A program made the position numbers and the translations under genes. Shown piece after piece: positions 1-7,708 of a stretch of DNA of 40,226 nt. Under the pieces are notes generated by a model that was given only the letters and a program-made list of their open reading frames with translations, was not told where the DNA came from and ran no database searches. Position 1 is the stretch's first letter, and every line of letters begins with the position of its first letter. The DNA comes from Trueperaceae bacterium (GTDB lineage Bacteria > Deinococcota > Deinococci > Deinococcales > Trueperaceae). The stretch covers positions 1-40,226 of the forward strand of contig JBBDRK010000035.1 in the NCBI GenBank assembly GCA_040905465.1. The letters run 5' to 3'.

Positions 1-2
1 GG

Positions 3-770
3 TTCTCACTGGCCCGGCTGCTTGCCTACGCACTACTGGGCATCTACGTGGGCGTAGTGCCGGTAGGACTGGGACTGCTCTTCTACCCCTACCTCCGAAC
101 GCTCGGCAGCCGCGGCCTGCAGTTCCTCCTCGCCCTCACCGTGGGGTTACTGGCGTTCCTCCTGATCGACACCCTGCAGGAGGGACTCGAACTCGCCTCG
201 GGCGCCGCCGGCGCGTTCCAGGGCAGCGCACTGGTATGGCTGGCCGCCATCACGGCGTTCCTGGCGCTCTTCGCCATTGGTCGTCGCCAGGGCAAGCCCC
301 CCGTAGGGTTGGCCCTCGCCACCTACCTCGCCCTGGGCATCGGCCTCCACAACCTGGGCGAGGGACTGGCCATCGGCGCCGCCTTTGCCGTCGGAGCCGC
401 AGCACTCGGATCGTTCCTGGTCGTCGGCTTCACCCTCCACAACATCACCGAAGGGATTGCGCTAGCCTCGCCGCTGCTCAAGCAGCGGCCCAAGCTGATC
501 TCATTCCTGGGCCTGGCAGCGCTTGCCGGACTGCCCGCCGTGGCAGGCACCTGGATAGGCGCTTTCGCCTTCTCACCGCACTGGGCCGCCCTCTTCCTCG
601 GCATCGGCGCCGGCGCAATCCTGCAAGTCATCGTCGAAGTATCCGCCTACCTAGCCCGCTCCGTGAACGAGGACCGGCAGCAAGGCGCCTGGCTGTCCGC
701 CACCAACCTGGCCGGATTCGGAGCAGGCCTCCTGGTCATGTACCTCACTGCGTTTCTGGTGAACGTTTAG
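3..770 (+). CDS. ZIP (ZupT/GufA) family metal transporter, 5' end outside window
   Basis: Hydrophobic ORF with paired ZIP metal-site motifs HNLGEG and HNITEG. The frame is open back to position 3 (FSLARLLAYALLGIYV...), so the start lies upstream of the window. Confidence 0.88.
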   Translation, partial: FSLARLLAYALLGIYVGVVPVGLGLLFYPYLRTLGSRGLQFLLALTVGLLAFLLIDTLQEGLELASGAAGAFQGSALVWLAAITAFLALFAIGRRQGKPPVGLALATYLALGIGLHNLGEGLAIGAAFAVGAAALGSFLVVGFTLHNITEGIALASPLLKQRPKLISFLGLAALAGLPAVAGTWIGAFAFSPHWAALFLGIGAGAILQVIVEVSAYLARSVNEDRQQGAWLSATNLAGFGAGLLVMYLTAFLVNV

Positions 771-975
771 ACCTAGTAGAGATTCGGAGTGAGCTTGCCC
801 GGGCCAGTCTAACCCTAGGCTGCCGCCTTCCGACGCCACACTTCGGCATCTCTCTCGGAACTCAGGCTGGTCGTTGAAGCGGAGCAGCGTCATCAGTCCC
901 AACCCAAGCCAGCAAAGAGCACTCGACCTGGCCAGCAAAATCACCGCGTAGACAGCACCACCGCACCCGCAAAAC

Positions 976-1008
976 ACCAGAACCCCCGTTTGTAACGGAG
1001 GTTCTGGT
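976..1008 (-). terminator. Probable intrinsic terminator
   Basis: ACCAGAACCCCCGTT-TGT-AACGGAGGTTCTGGT stem-loop, followed by GTTTT on the minus strand, just downstream of the 1042 stop. Confidence 0.7.
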
Positions 1009-1041
1009 CACTCACCGGTTGGAACCTCGGACTAGCTGCGA

Positions 1042-1677
1042 TCAGTTGATGGCCGCCTGGAACACGGCGAACTGTTGGTCGCTGCAGAGTTCGCAGACCC
1101 CGCCCGCGCTCGGGTCCGGATCGTAGGTGCTCAGTTGATCGTAGAGTCTCGCCAGTTCGGCCGGGCCGTGGTAACGCACTACCAGGTGTACCTCTGCGCC
1201 CTCGGCGTTGGTCAGGCCCGGACCGGCTACAACCTGGCCCAACGTGCGCCCTGACGGCAGAAGGGCACTGAAGCTGGCGCTGCCGGTGGCGTCGCTGATC
1301 GCTCCGTCTGCGAAGATCATCGAGATTTGGGCGTCGGGATTGAGGTTCATGGTGCCGTCGTCGGCGAGGATGTCGTCTTCGTTGCAGGGGTCGCTGCATC
1401 CCGCCGGTGAATTGAACACCACCCACCAGATGGTATAGGGAGCGTTCGGCTCGAGCCCGCTGGTCGCCAGCTCCATCGCCACCGCGTCCGCGGTGCGGAT
1501 AAGTGACGCCATGCCTCCTTCCACTTCGGTCGCGTCGGCGAAGCTGAACACGGCACTGGTTGAGGCCTGACCAGGCATGGACTGGGCAGCGGAGCTGGAG
1601 AAGACAAACGCAGCTACGATTGCCGTGAGAAAGAGGGTGAGGCCGATCGCGTTACTTTTCGCTTCAGTACCGAACAT
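1042..1677 (-). CDS. Secreted hypothetical protein
   Basis: RBS AAGGAG 7 nt before ATG 1677 (alternative start 1701). Hydrophobic signal-like N-terminus ending SSSAAQ. Motifs YTIWWVVFNSPAGC..PC, EVHLVVRYHGP and C..C.DQQFAVF. Confidence 0.75.
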   Translation of the reverse strand: MFGTEAKSNAIGLTLFLTAIVAAFVFSSSAAQSMPGQASTSAVFSFADATEVEGGMASLIRTADAVAMELATSGLEPNAPYTIWWVVFNSPAGCSDPCNEDDILADDGTMNLNPDAQISMIFADGAISDATGSASFSALLPSGRTLGQVVAGPGLTNAEGAEVHLVVRYHGPAELARLYDQLSTYDPDPSAGGVCELCSDQQFAVFQAAIN

Positions 1678-1795
1678 AGATTGCTCCTTAGCAGTTTCCA
1701 TGGTGCGTCTCGAGTGGTGGCCAATTTGGGTCCTGATTCGATGGGCTAAATGAGCATGTCGCTGCTCCCCTCTCTCCTGGACGTGACCCCGGCGC

Positions 1796-3934
1796 TCACC
1801 GCGGCGGACCGAGCAGGCTCGCGATCCGGCTGGCGGCTCTCGACGCGCCGTCGCCCGGCACCGGCCTGTATGCGACGGGCCTATCCAGGATTCCTTCGAG
1901 GGCGGCGGCGAGCGTCTCTGGGTCGGTTGCGGCGTAGTCCAGCGGTGGGTGGGCGCCGTACCGATTCAGCCTGGCGGTCACGTGATGGACCTGCTCCCAG
2001 TGGTTGCGGAGCGGGAAGTACACGAAGGGTCGCCGGGAGGCCACCAGCTCCATCGTGGTGCTCAGGCCGCCCTGCACCACGGCGGCATCGGCGCAGGCGA
2101 GGTGCTCGAACAGGTTGTGGACGTACGGCCGTTTCTCGAGGCCCTGCACGTCAATCAGCTCGGCCGGGTCGATGCGCGGTCCCGTGACCATCACCATGCG
2201 AACGTCGGGCCGGCGCCGGCGAAGGATGTCGAACGCCGCCGCGATCTTCTCCAGCAGCGGCTTCCCAACGGCGGTACCGCCCACCGCCGCGAACAGCAGG
2301 GTTCCGTCTTCCGGATGGGCGAGGCGCCGGCGGAGCGCGGCCGTGTCCCGGTAGTCGTCCGAGTCGAAGGGCAGGACGTAGCCGACCTCCTCGAACCAGC
2401 TCCGGGCCCAGTCTCGGATCCGCGGCAGGTCCTGGCCGAAGCAGGCGTCGGGCAGGTCCTCGAAGTCGCCCACGTACAAGGACAGGTCGCGCAGCCAGGG
2501 GAACCGGGAGCGCTGCTCGATCATCTCGGCGTTGTAGTCGGCCGTGAGTTCGGCCTCGCGCGGATCGCCCTCCGGATCGACCGGGAGGAAACCGATCACG
2601 TCCGTCAGGAACACGTACGGGGCGCGCTTGAGCTCGGGGTTCTCGTGCAGGTAGTAGTCGATCTCCCAAGACTCGTCGCCGATCCACAGGTCGTACGGCT
2701 CCTCGGAGACCAGCTCGTGGAATGCCATGAAGTTCGCCAGGAAGATCTCGTCCATGCGTCGGAAGGCGTAGAACGCGTGCAGCTCGTGCGAGGTCGATTC
2801 CTCCTCCCAGTGCTGTGACTCGGAGGCCATCGCGTGGCTGGCCGGGTGCACGTACTCTCCGGCCTCCTCCAATACGCGCGTGACGGGGTGCTGCGCCCAC
2901 CAGTGGACCTCCAGGCCGGGGCGTTGCTGCCTCAGCGACCGGACGATCGCGAGGTCGCGCTGGACGTGTCCCAGGCCGATGGGGCTCGAGATGAAGAGCG
3001 CGCGCTGCGGACGCCCCAGCGCCCGGGGCCAGGCCCGCGGTCGCTTCTCGGGCGCGGTCAGCGACTCCGCGAATGCGCGCAGTTCGAGGTTCGCGCGCAC
3101 GGGATCGCGGGCATGGGGCGCGTGTCCGCTCCCTTCGAAGGTGACGAGCGTGGCCCTGGCGAGCTCCGCGAGCTCCACGCTCGTGCGATGTGCCCGAATG
3201 CGGTCGTCACTTCCGTGGAGGATGAGGACCGGCCGGTCGATTGCGGACGCGATCGCCCGCGCCTCGTCGGGCTGGAGCACGGGCTCGCGAGAGGATTCGG
3301 CCTTCGTGAACTGCGTGTGCAGGAGCGTTTCGGCGTCTGTTTCGAGGCCCCACGCCACGCAGTCGTCGATCCCCTTGGTCGAGTGGGGCTCGCTGAAGCA
3401 CTGTCCGCTGAAGAAGCGCAGGAACCCCTCGTAGTCCTCGCGCCAGAAGTGGCGATTGTACTTCGCCCACCCGTCGAATGCCGCGGGACGCTCGTCGAAA
3501 GGCGGGATGTAGCGTCCGGGAGGCGAGCCCCCGAACGGAAGCGCCGGACCGATGAAGACCGCGCCTTTGACCTTCGCCGGCGTCGTCCGCAGCAATTCGA
3601 GCAGCCACTGGGCTCCGGCCGAGAACCCCACCATGATCGCGTCCTCGGTGCCGGTCGCCTCCATGACCGCGAGCGCGTCTTGCGCGAATTCGGAGGGCAG
3701 GTACGCGCTGGAGGCCTGCGGGCGTCCCGAGCGGCCGTTGCCGCGCCCGTCGAACGTCACGACGCGGCCGTGGCGGGCGAGATAGGGCACCTGCATCTTC
3801 CATACCCGCGAGTGGATCATGGACCAGGTCGGCAGGAGGAGAAAGGCCGGTTCACCGTTTCCGTGCACCTCCCAGTAGAGCGGGACGCCGTCGCGTTCCC
3901 CAAATCCAGTCTGGTCGGGCTGGCGGGCTCGCAT
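1796..3934 (-). CDS. Alpha/beta hydrolase fused to a GT-B (GT28-C/GT1-like) glycosyltransferase domain
   Basis: N-half: FDGRGNGRS, nucleophile elbow GFSAG, HGSDD, GSGHAPH. C-half: SSPIGLGHVQRD, AVGGTAVG, QGGLSTTME, HWEQ. RBS AGGAGG upstream. Confidence 0.85.
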   Translation of the reverse strand: MRARQPDQTGFGERDGVPLYWEVHGNGEPAFLLLPTWSMIHSRVWKMQVPYLARHGRVVTFDGRGNGRSGRPQASSAYLPSEFAQDALAVMEATGTEDAIMVGFSAGAQWLLELLRTTPAKVKGAVFIGPALPFGGSPPGRYIPPFDERPAAFDGWAKYNRHFWREDYEGFLRFFSGQCFSEPHSTKGIDDCVAWGLETDAETLLHTQFTKAESSREPVLQPDEARAIASAIDRPVLILHGSDDRIRAHRTSVELAELARATLVTFEGSGHAPHARDPVRANLELRAFAESLTAPEKRPRAWPRALGRPQRALFISSPIGLGHVQRDLAIVRSLRQQRPGLEVHWWAQHPVTRVLEEAGEYVHPASHAMASESQHWEEESTSHELHAFYAFRRMDEIFLANFMAFHELVSEEPYDLWIGDESWEIDYYLHENPELKRAPYVFLTDVIGFLPVDPEGDPREAELTADYNAEMIEQRSRFPWLRDLSLYVGDFEDLPDACFGQDLPRIRDWARSWFEEVGYVLPFDSDDYRDTAALRRRLAHPEDGTLLFAAVGGTAVGKPLLEKIAAAFDILRRRRPDVRMVMVTGPRIDPAELIDVQGLEKRPYVHNLFEHLACADAAVVQGGLSTTMELVASRRPFVYFPLRNHWEQVHHVTARLNRYGAHPPLDYAATDPETLAAALEGILDRPVAYRPVPGDGASRAASRIASLLGPPR

Positions 3935-4002
3935 CGTTGCTGTTCCTCCTGGCCGCCGCGCGGTGCGACTCGATCATTCGACTTACGGCGCGCCGGCGTG
4001 AT

Positions 4003-4031
4003 TTAGTCAGTCGACTTATACACCTGACTAA
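4003..4031. promoter_or_regulatory. Tandem TetR-type operator(s) in the hydrolase-GT promoter
   Basis: TTAGTC-AGTC-GACTTA (4003-4018) and TTATAC-ACCT-GACTAA (4016-4031). The outer TTAGTCAG/CTGACTAA is a perfect inverted repeat. A perfect TTGACA -35 lies on the minus strand at 4056-4061. Confidence 0.65.
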
Positions 4032-4135
4032 CAAGTAGCATGCGCGCGGACGGCTTGTCAAACCCCGGTGCTCGTGCGCCAATGTCGCGGCGCCCAGTGT
4101 CGCGGGCCGGAATGCGATGATCAGGATGGAAAAGG

Positions 4136-4234
4136 GCGGCTCGAGTCGGAACGATGCAGCCCGATATCGCGGCTCGAGTCGGAACGATGCAGCCCGATAT
4201 CGCGGATCGAACCAGGAAAACGCCGCCCGATCAG
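4136..4234. repeat. 33-bp tandem repeat (2 exact copies + 1 degenerate)
   Basis: GCGGCTCGAGTCGGAACGATGCAGCCCGATATC at 4136-4168 and 4169-4201; degenerate copy at 4202-4234. Confidence 0.9.
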
Positions 4235-4848
4235 GCCGTCGATTCGGCCTTATTCCGCTCGAACGACACGAGCCGATCGTCGATCCACTCCAGCAGCTCG
4301 CGGTGCCACTCAGAGATGTCGCTCAGCCGCTCAACATACATGCCGAGATGGAACGTCATCACCAGCGAGACCATAGCCCGCACGGGGAAGTCCTCCTCGT
4401 CAAGCCCGTACTCAGCCTGAGCCATCTGGAACGCGTCCATCAGCACCGCCCGCCACTGGGCATTCACTTCCTGCAGTGGCACCTGCAGCTCGGGCTTGTT
4501 CCAGGCGAGGGCGTTCAGCTCGAGCAGGATCTTCGGATACCCGGCGGCCAGGTCGCTTTCGAAAAACGCCATGGCCTTGCGCCACTTCTCGATGAATGGC
4601 GCGTCCTCCCCGTACATCGCGCGCTGCCTCGCCACGAGCCGTTGCGTGAAGCGCTGCAGCACCTGGAGAAACAGCTCATCCATGGAGCCGAAGTAGTAGT
4701 GGATGAGGCCGTGGTTCGCGCCGGCCTCTTTGCCGAGGCGCCGGGTGCTGATGTTCGCATACCCGACCTCAATGAGCAGGCGCTCGGCAGCGTCGAGAAA
4801 CGCATCTTCGGCGGTGGACCGCGTGGATTCATCAGGCATCGCGCTCAT
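4231..4848 (-). CDS. TetR/AcrR family transcriptional regulator
   Basis: N-terminal HTH FLDAAERLLIEVGYANISTRRLGKEAGANHGLIHYYFGSMDELF. Start is ATG 4848 or 4839. Confidence 0.92.
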   Translation of the reverse strand: MSAMPDESTRSTAEDAFLDAAERLLIEVGYANISTRRLGKEAGANHGLIHYYFGSMDELFLQVLQRFTQRLVARQRAMYGEDAPFIEKWRKAMAFFESDLAAGYPKILLELNALAWNKPELQVPLQEVNAQWRAVLMDAFQMAQAEYGLDEEDFPVRAMVSLVMTFHLGMYVERLSDISEWHRELLEWIDDRLVSFERNKAESTA

Positions 4849-4879
4849 ATCGGTATGCACTCTAACTTCGGTCGGTGGT

Positions 4880-4895
4880 TTAGTCAAATGACTGA
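4880..4895. promoter_or_regulatory. TetR-type operator upstream of tetR (autoregulatory)
   Basis: TTAGTC-AAAT-GACTGA, same TTAGTC-N4-GACTAA consensus as at 4003-4031. Confidence 0.65.
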
Positions 4896-5090
4896 CACCA
4901 TGTAGGCCGGGGAAAGGGAGGGATAAAGAGCGTCAGGAGGAAACTGCCTGAAGAGAACGACGCTCAACTGTTGGCGTTGGGAGAGAAGAAAACAACGGAG
5001 ATTTCTATAGGTCCAAGGCCCGACAAAACAGGTGGTGTAGGGGCGCCGAACCCCAGCAATGGAGCCGTTCTCCGCGTCGGGTAGTAATCG

Positions 5091-5180
5091 CTACCGCCGG
5101 ATAATATCGCGGGCGAAGTCGAGTAGTCGCTCAGCCTGTTTCATCGCGACTTTCAAGTCGTCTCGGCTAATATGGATGAT
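5091..5180 (-). pseudogene. 3' fragment of a truncated gene, possibly a HEPN-domain C-terminal helix
   Basis: IIHISRDDLKVAMKQAERLLDFARDIIRR* is an amphipathic helix resembling HEPN C-termini. The frame is closed by a stop inside the adjacent dif-like site. Confidence 0.3.
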
Positions 5181-5181
5181 C

Positions 5182-5209
5182 GGTCCTGATAATGCTTCTT
5201 ATCGGACCC
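5182..5209. other. dif-like Xer (tyrosine recombinase) site
   Basis: 11-6-11 layout GGTCCTGATAA-TGCTTC-TTATCGGACCC. The left arm matches the E. coli XerC arm GGTGCGCATAA at 8/11. Inner ATAA/TTAT are conserved and the right arm is a near inverted copy of the left. Confidence 0.6.
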
Positions 5210-5259
5210 ACGCACGTCACTCTCAGTCTTTTTTGATCCCACCTGGGCTGGCGTTGAAC

Positions 5260-5479
5260 ACCGGTGGACCCCGGTAGTTGGACAGGTTCCTCTTGGTCCT
5301 TAAGTGTTATCACGAACTGAGCTGGGCTGTAACGGGCTCGGCGCCCAGTGGGGGCGGCGACGGCAGCAGCGGCAACTGCTGGTACGCCTGTTCCGGGGTC
5401 TGCTTCTCCAAGCTGGAGTGCCTCCGTTCCCGGTTGTAGTAGTCGATGTAGGTTTTGATTCCTACCGGGGTCCACCGGT
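5260..5479 (-). mobile_element. Internally deleted IS3-family remnant bounded by 18-bp inverted repeats
   Basis: Perfect IR ACCGGTGGACCCCGGTAG (5260-5277) / CTACCGGGGTCCACCGGT (5462-5479). The minus strand 5462..5310 encodes GIKTYIDYYNRERRHSSLEKQTPEQAY..., the IS3 OrfB C-terminal YYNxxRxHSSL..TP signature. Confidence 0.8.
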
Positions 5480-5582
5480 CAAGGTTGTTTTTTTCCTACT
5501 ACTGCCAACTCAACTTCCCACGCGTTGCCAACTAGGTGCCAACTCAACTGCCCAATTGCCAGATTGAACTTCCCACCTACAC

Positions 5583-6812
5583 CTACGCACTCAACTGACT
5601 GATGATCGCGAACATCGGCAGGAACATGCCGGCGACGATGAAGCCGACTATCGTCCCCAGGAACACGATCATGGCCGGCTCGAGCGCCGCGGTCAGGGCG
5701 TCGACGGCCTCGTCCACTTCGCGCTCGTAGAAGATCGCGATCTTTTCGAGCATCGAATCGACCGCGCCGGTCTCTTCGCCGATGGCGATCATCGAGGACA
5801 CCAGCGGCGGGAACACCTTCGGGTGCTGAATCAACGTGGTGCTGATCTGCTCGCCCTTCTGGACGTTCTCCATCGTCTCATCCAGGACATCCTCGACGAT
5901 GATGTTGCCGGCGGTGCCCTTGGTGATGTCGATCGACTCGATGATGTTGACACCGCTCTTGAGCAGCAGGCCGAAGGTGTTCGAGAAAGACGCGACCGCC
6001 GATTTCTGGACCAGGGGGCCGATGATCCCTATGCGGAGCATCAGCCGGTCGATCACGTGCCTGCCCTGATTCGTTCGATAGTAGAAGCCTGTCCCGAAGA
6101 ACAGCGCCACGATACCGCCGATCAGGATGTACCACTGGTACTGGAGGAAGTCGCTTATGGCGATCAGTACCACGGTGATCATCGGAAGCTCGCCGCCCAA
6201 CTGGTCGAGGATCTGAGCGAACTGCGGGACGATGCCGACCAGCAAGAACCAGGTGACGGCAAGTGCGATCACCAGAACGACGGTCGGATAGGTCAGGGCG
6301 GTCCTGATCTTGCCGCGCAATGCCGCCTGCTTCTCCTGATAGCTCGCTACCCGCTCGAGGATGCCGTCGAGGTTGCCCGAAACCTCGCCGGCTTTGACCA
6401 GGTAGACGTAGAGCTTGTTGAAGATGCCCGGGAACTTGGCCATCGAGCTGGACAACGGCATGCCGGTTTCCACGTCTTCACGGATCTTCTTCAGGGCGTC
6501 TTTCATCCCCTGCTTTTCTGCCTGTTTCTGGAGGATGGCCAGCGACTGCACCACGGGCAGGCCGGCGTTGATCACCGTTGCGAACTGACGGCTGAACACG
6601 GTGACGTCCCGCAGGTTCGGCTTGGAGCCGATGTCGAGCCACTTGGGTAGCTTGATGTCGGCGTTCAGGCCGGACTTGGGCGCCTTGATCTCACTGATGA
6701 AGAAGCCCTTTTCACGCAACGACGCCGCCACGTCCCGCTGGCTGGCGGCCTCCATCGTCGCACTGAGCATCTTCCCGGTGCGGTCCCTGGCCTTGTATTC
6801 GAAAAGCGGCAT
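5583..6812 (-). CDS. pilC: Type IV pilus platform protein PilC (T2SSF family)
   Basis: MPLFEYKARD start with RBS GGAGGAGG; FSRQFATVINAGLP, GEVSGNLD, ALTYP, GEETGAVD, LEP...MFLPMF. Confidence 0.95.
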   Translation of the reverse strand: MPLFEYKARDRTGKMLSATMEAASQRDVAASLREKGFFISEIKAPKSGLNADIKLPKWLDIGSKPNLRDVTVFSRQFATVINAGLPVVQSLAILQKQAEKQGMKDALKKIREDVETGMPLSSSMAKFPGIFNKLYVYLVKAGEVSGNLDGILERVASYQEKQAALRGKIRTALTYPTVVLVIALAVTWFLLVGIVPQFAQILDQLGGELPMITVVLIAISDFLQYQWYILIGGIVALFFGTGFYYRTNQGRHVIDRLMLRIGIIGPLVQKSAVASFSNTFGLLLKSGVNIIESIDITKGTAGNIIVEDVLDETMENVQKGEQISTTLIQHPKVFPPLVSSMIAIGEETGAVDSMLEKIAIFYEREVDEAVDALTAALEPAMIVFLGTIVGFIVAGMFLPMFAIISQLSA

Positions 6813-6940
6813 CGCGCCTCCTCCAGCGCAGGAAGCCTGCGCCACTCGCAAAAGTGTAGCCGCGGGCGGGCACCCGGCGCTGGTGGATTCTGCACTTCCG
6901 ACGAGGGTTTGGCGACCAGGGCGGCGGATAAGATGGCACG

Positions 6941-7588
6941 ATGCCGAATGAACGGATTGCCGACAAACGTAGGCGCGCCGGGGAGACGCTCGAGCGACTG
7001 AGGAGCCTCTATCCGGACGCGCGTACGGAACTGGACTTCCGGTCGCCGTTCGAACTGCTGGTGGCCGTCATCCTCTCCGCTCAGGCGACCGACGTGGGAG
7101 TCAACGCCGTTACCCCCTCGCTATTTCGTACCTTCCCGGACGCGGCCGCGCTGGCTGCAGCCGGCCCGGAACAGGTCGAGCCGTTGATCAACAGAATCGG
7201 TCTGTTCCGCAGCAAGGCCCGCAACATCGTCGGGACCGCTCGAATGCTCGTGGATCGTCACCAGGGCGAAGTTCCCAACGACTTCGACGCACTGCTGGCA
7301 CTGCCTGGGGTCGGCCGCAAGACCGCCAATGTCGTGCTCGGCACGCTATACGATCGTCCCGGAATCGCGGTAGACACGCACGTTCTCCGGCTTGCCAAGC
7401 GCCTCGGATTCAGCAGGTCCGACGATCCGGTCAAGGTCGAGCGCGACCTCGAGCGGCTCTACCGCAGCGACGACTGGGTGTTCGTGCACCACGCACTGAT
7501 CCTGCACGGCCGGCGGGTCTGCTTCGCCCGCAATCCCAACTGCCCGGGCTGCGTCCTGAACGATATCTGCCCCAGCAGTCGGGTCTGA
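6941..7588 (+). CDS. nth: Endonuclease III
   Basis: ILSAQATD, HhH motif LPGVGRKTANVVL, VDTH, C-terminal 4Fe-4S motif C-x6-C-x2-C-x5-C. Leaderless TAAGAT at 6929-6934. Confidence 0.97.
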   Translation: MPNERIADKRRRAGETLERLRSLYPDARTELDFRSPFELLVAVILSAQATDVGVNAVTPSLFRTFPDAAALAAAGPEQVEPLINRIGLFRSKARNIVGTARMLVDRHQGEVPNDFDALLALPGVGRKTANVVLGTLYDRPGIAVDTHVLRLAKRLGFSRSDDPVKVERDLERLYRSDDWVFVHHALILHGRRVCFARNPNCPGCVLNDICPSSRV

Positions 7589-7708
7589 GCAGGTGGACTC
7601 GCGCTCTGCGAGGAGATTTGCCTGAACGGTGCCGGCAAAAGCCTGACGGTCGGCGAACGTGTAACCGGCCGGGAAGTCGCCTCGGCGACCAGTTGGTAGG
7701 CTTGCTGC

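Noticed and set aside
4136..4234. 33-bp repeats as a mini CRISPR array
   Set aside because: Copies are directly adjacent with no unique spacers, and there are no cas genes in the window.
1949..4905. Long + strand ORFs (1949-2818, 2834-4006, 4117-4905) and similar antisense ORFs elsewhere (e.g. 9133-10395, 13135-14403, 24810-26033, 32866-34263, 33659-35452)
   Set aside because: They are shadows of well-supported genes on the opposite strand, expected in high-GC DNA, and have no recognisable motifs.
5167..5475. 102-aa minus-strand ORF as a real gene
   Set aside because: The IS3 transposase signature lies in a different frame (5462..5310); this ORF has no RBS or motif.
5503..5580. GCCAACT(CAACT) short repeats downstream of pilC
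   Set aside because: Irregular spacing and low complexity; I cannot support a function.
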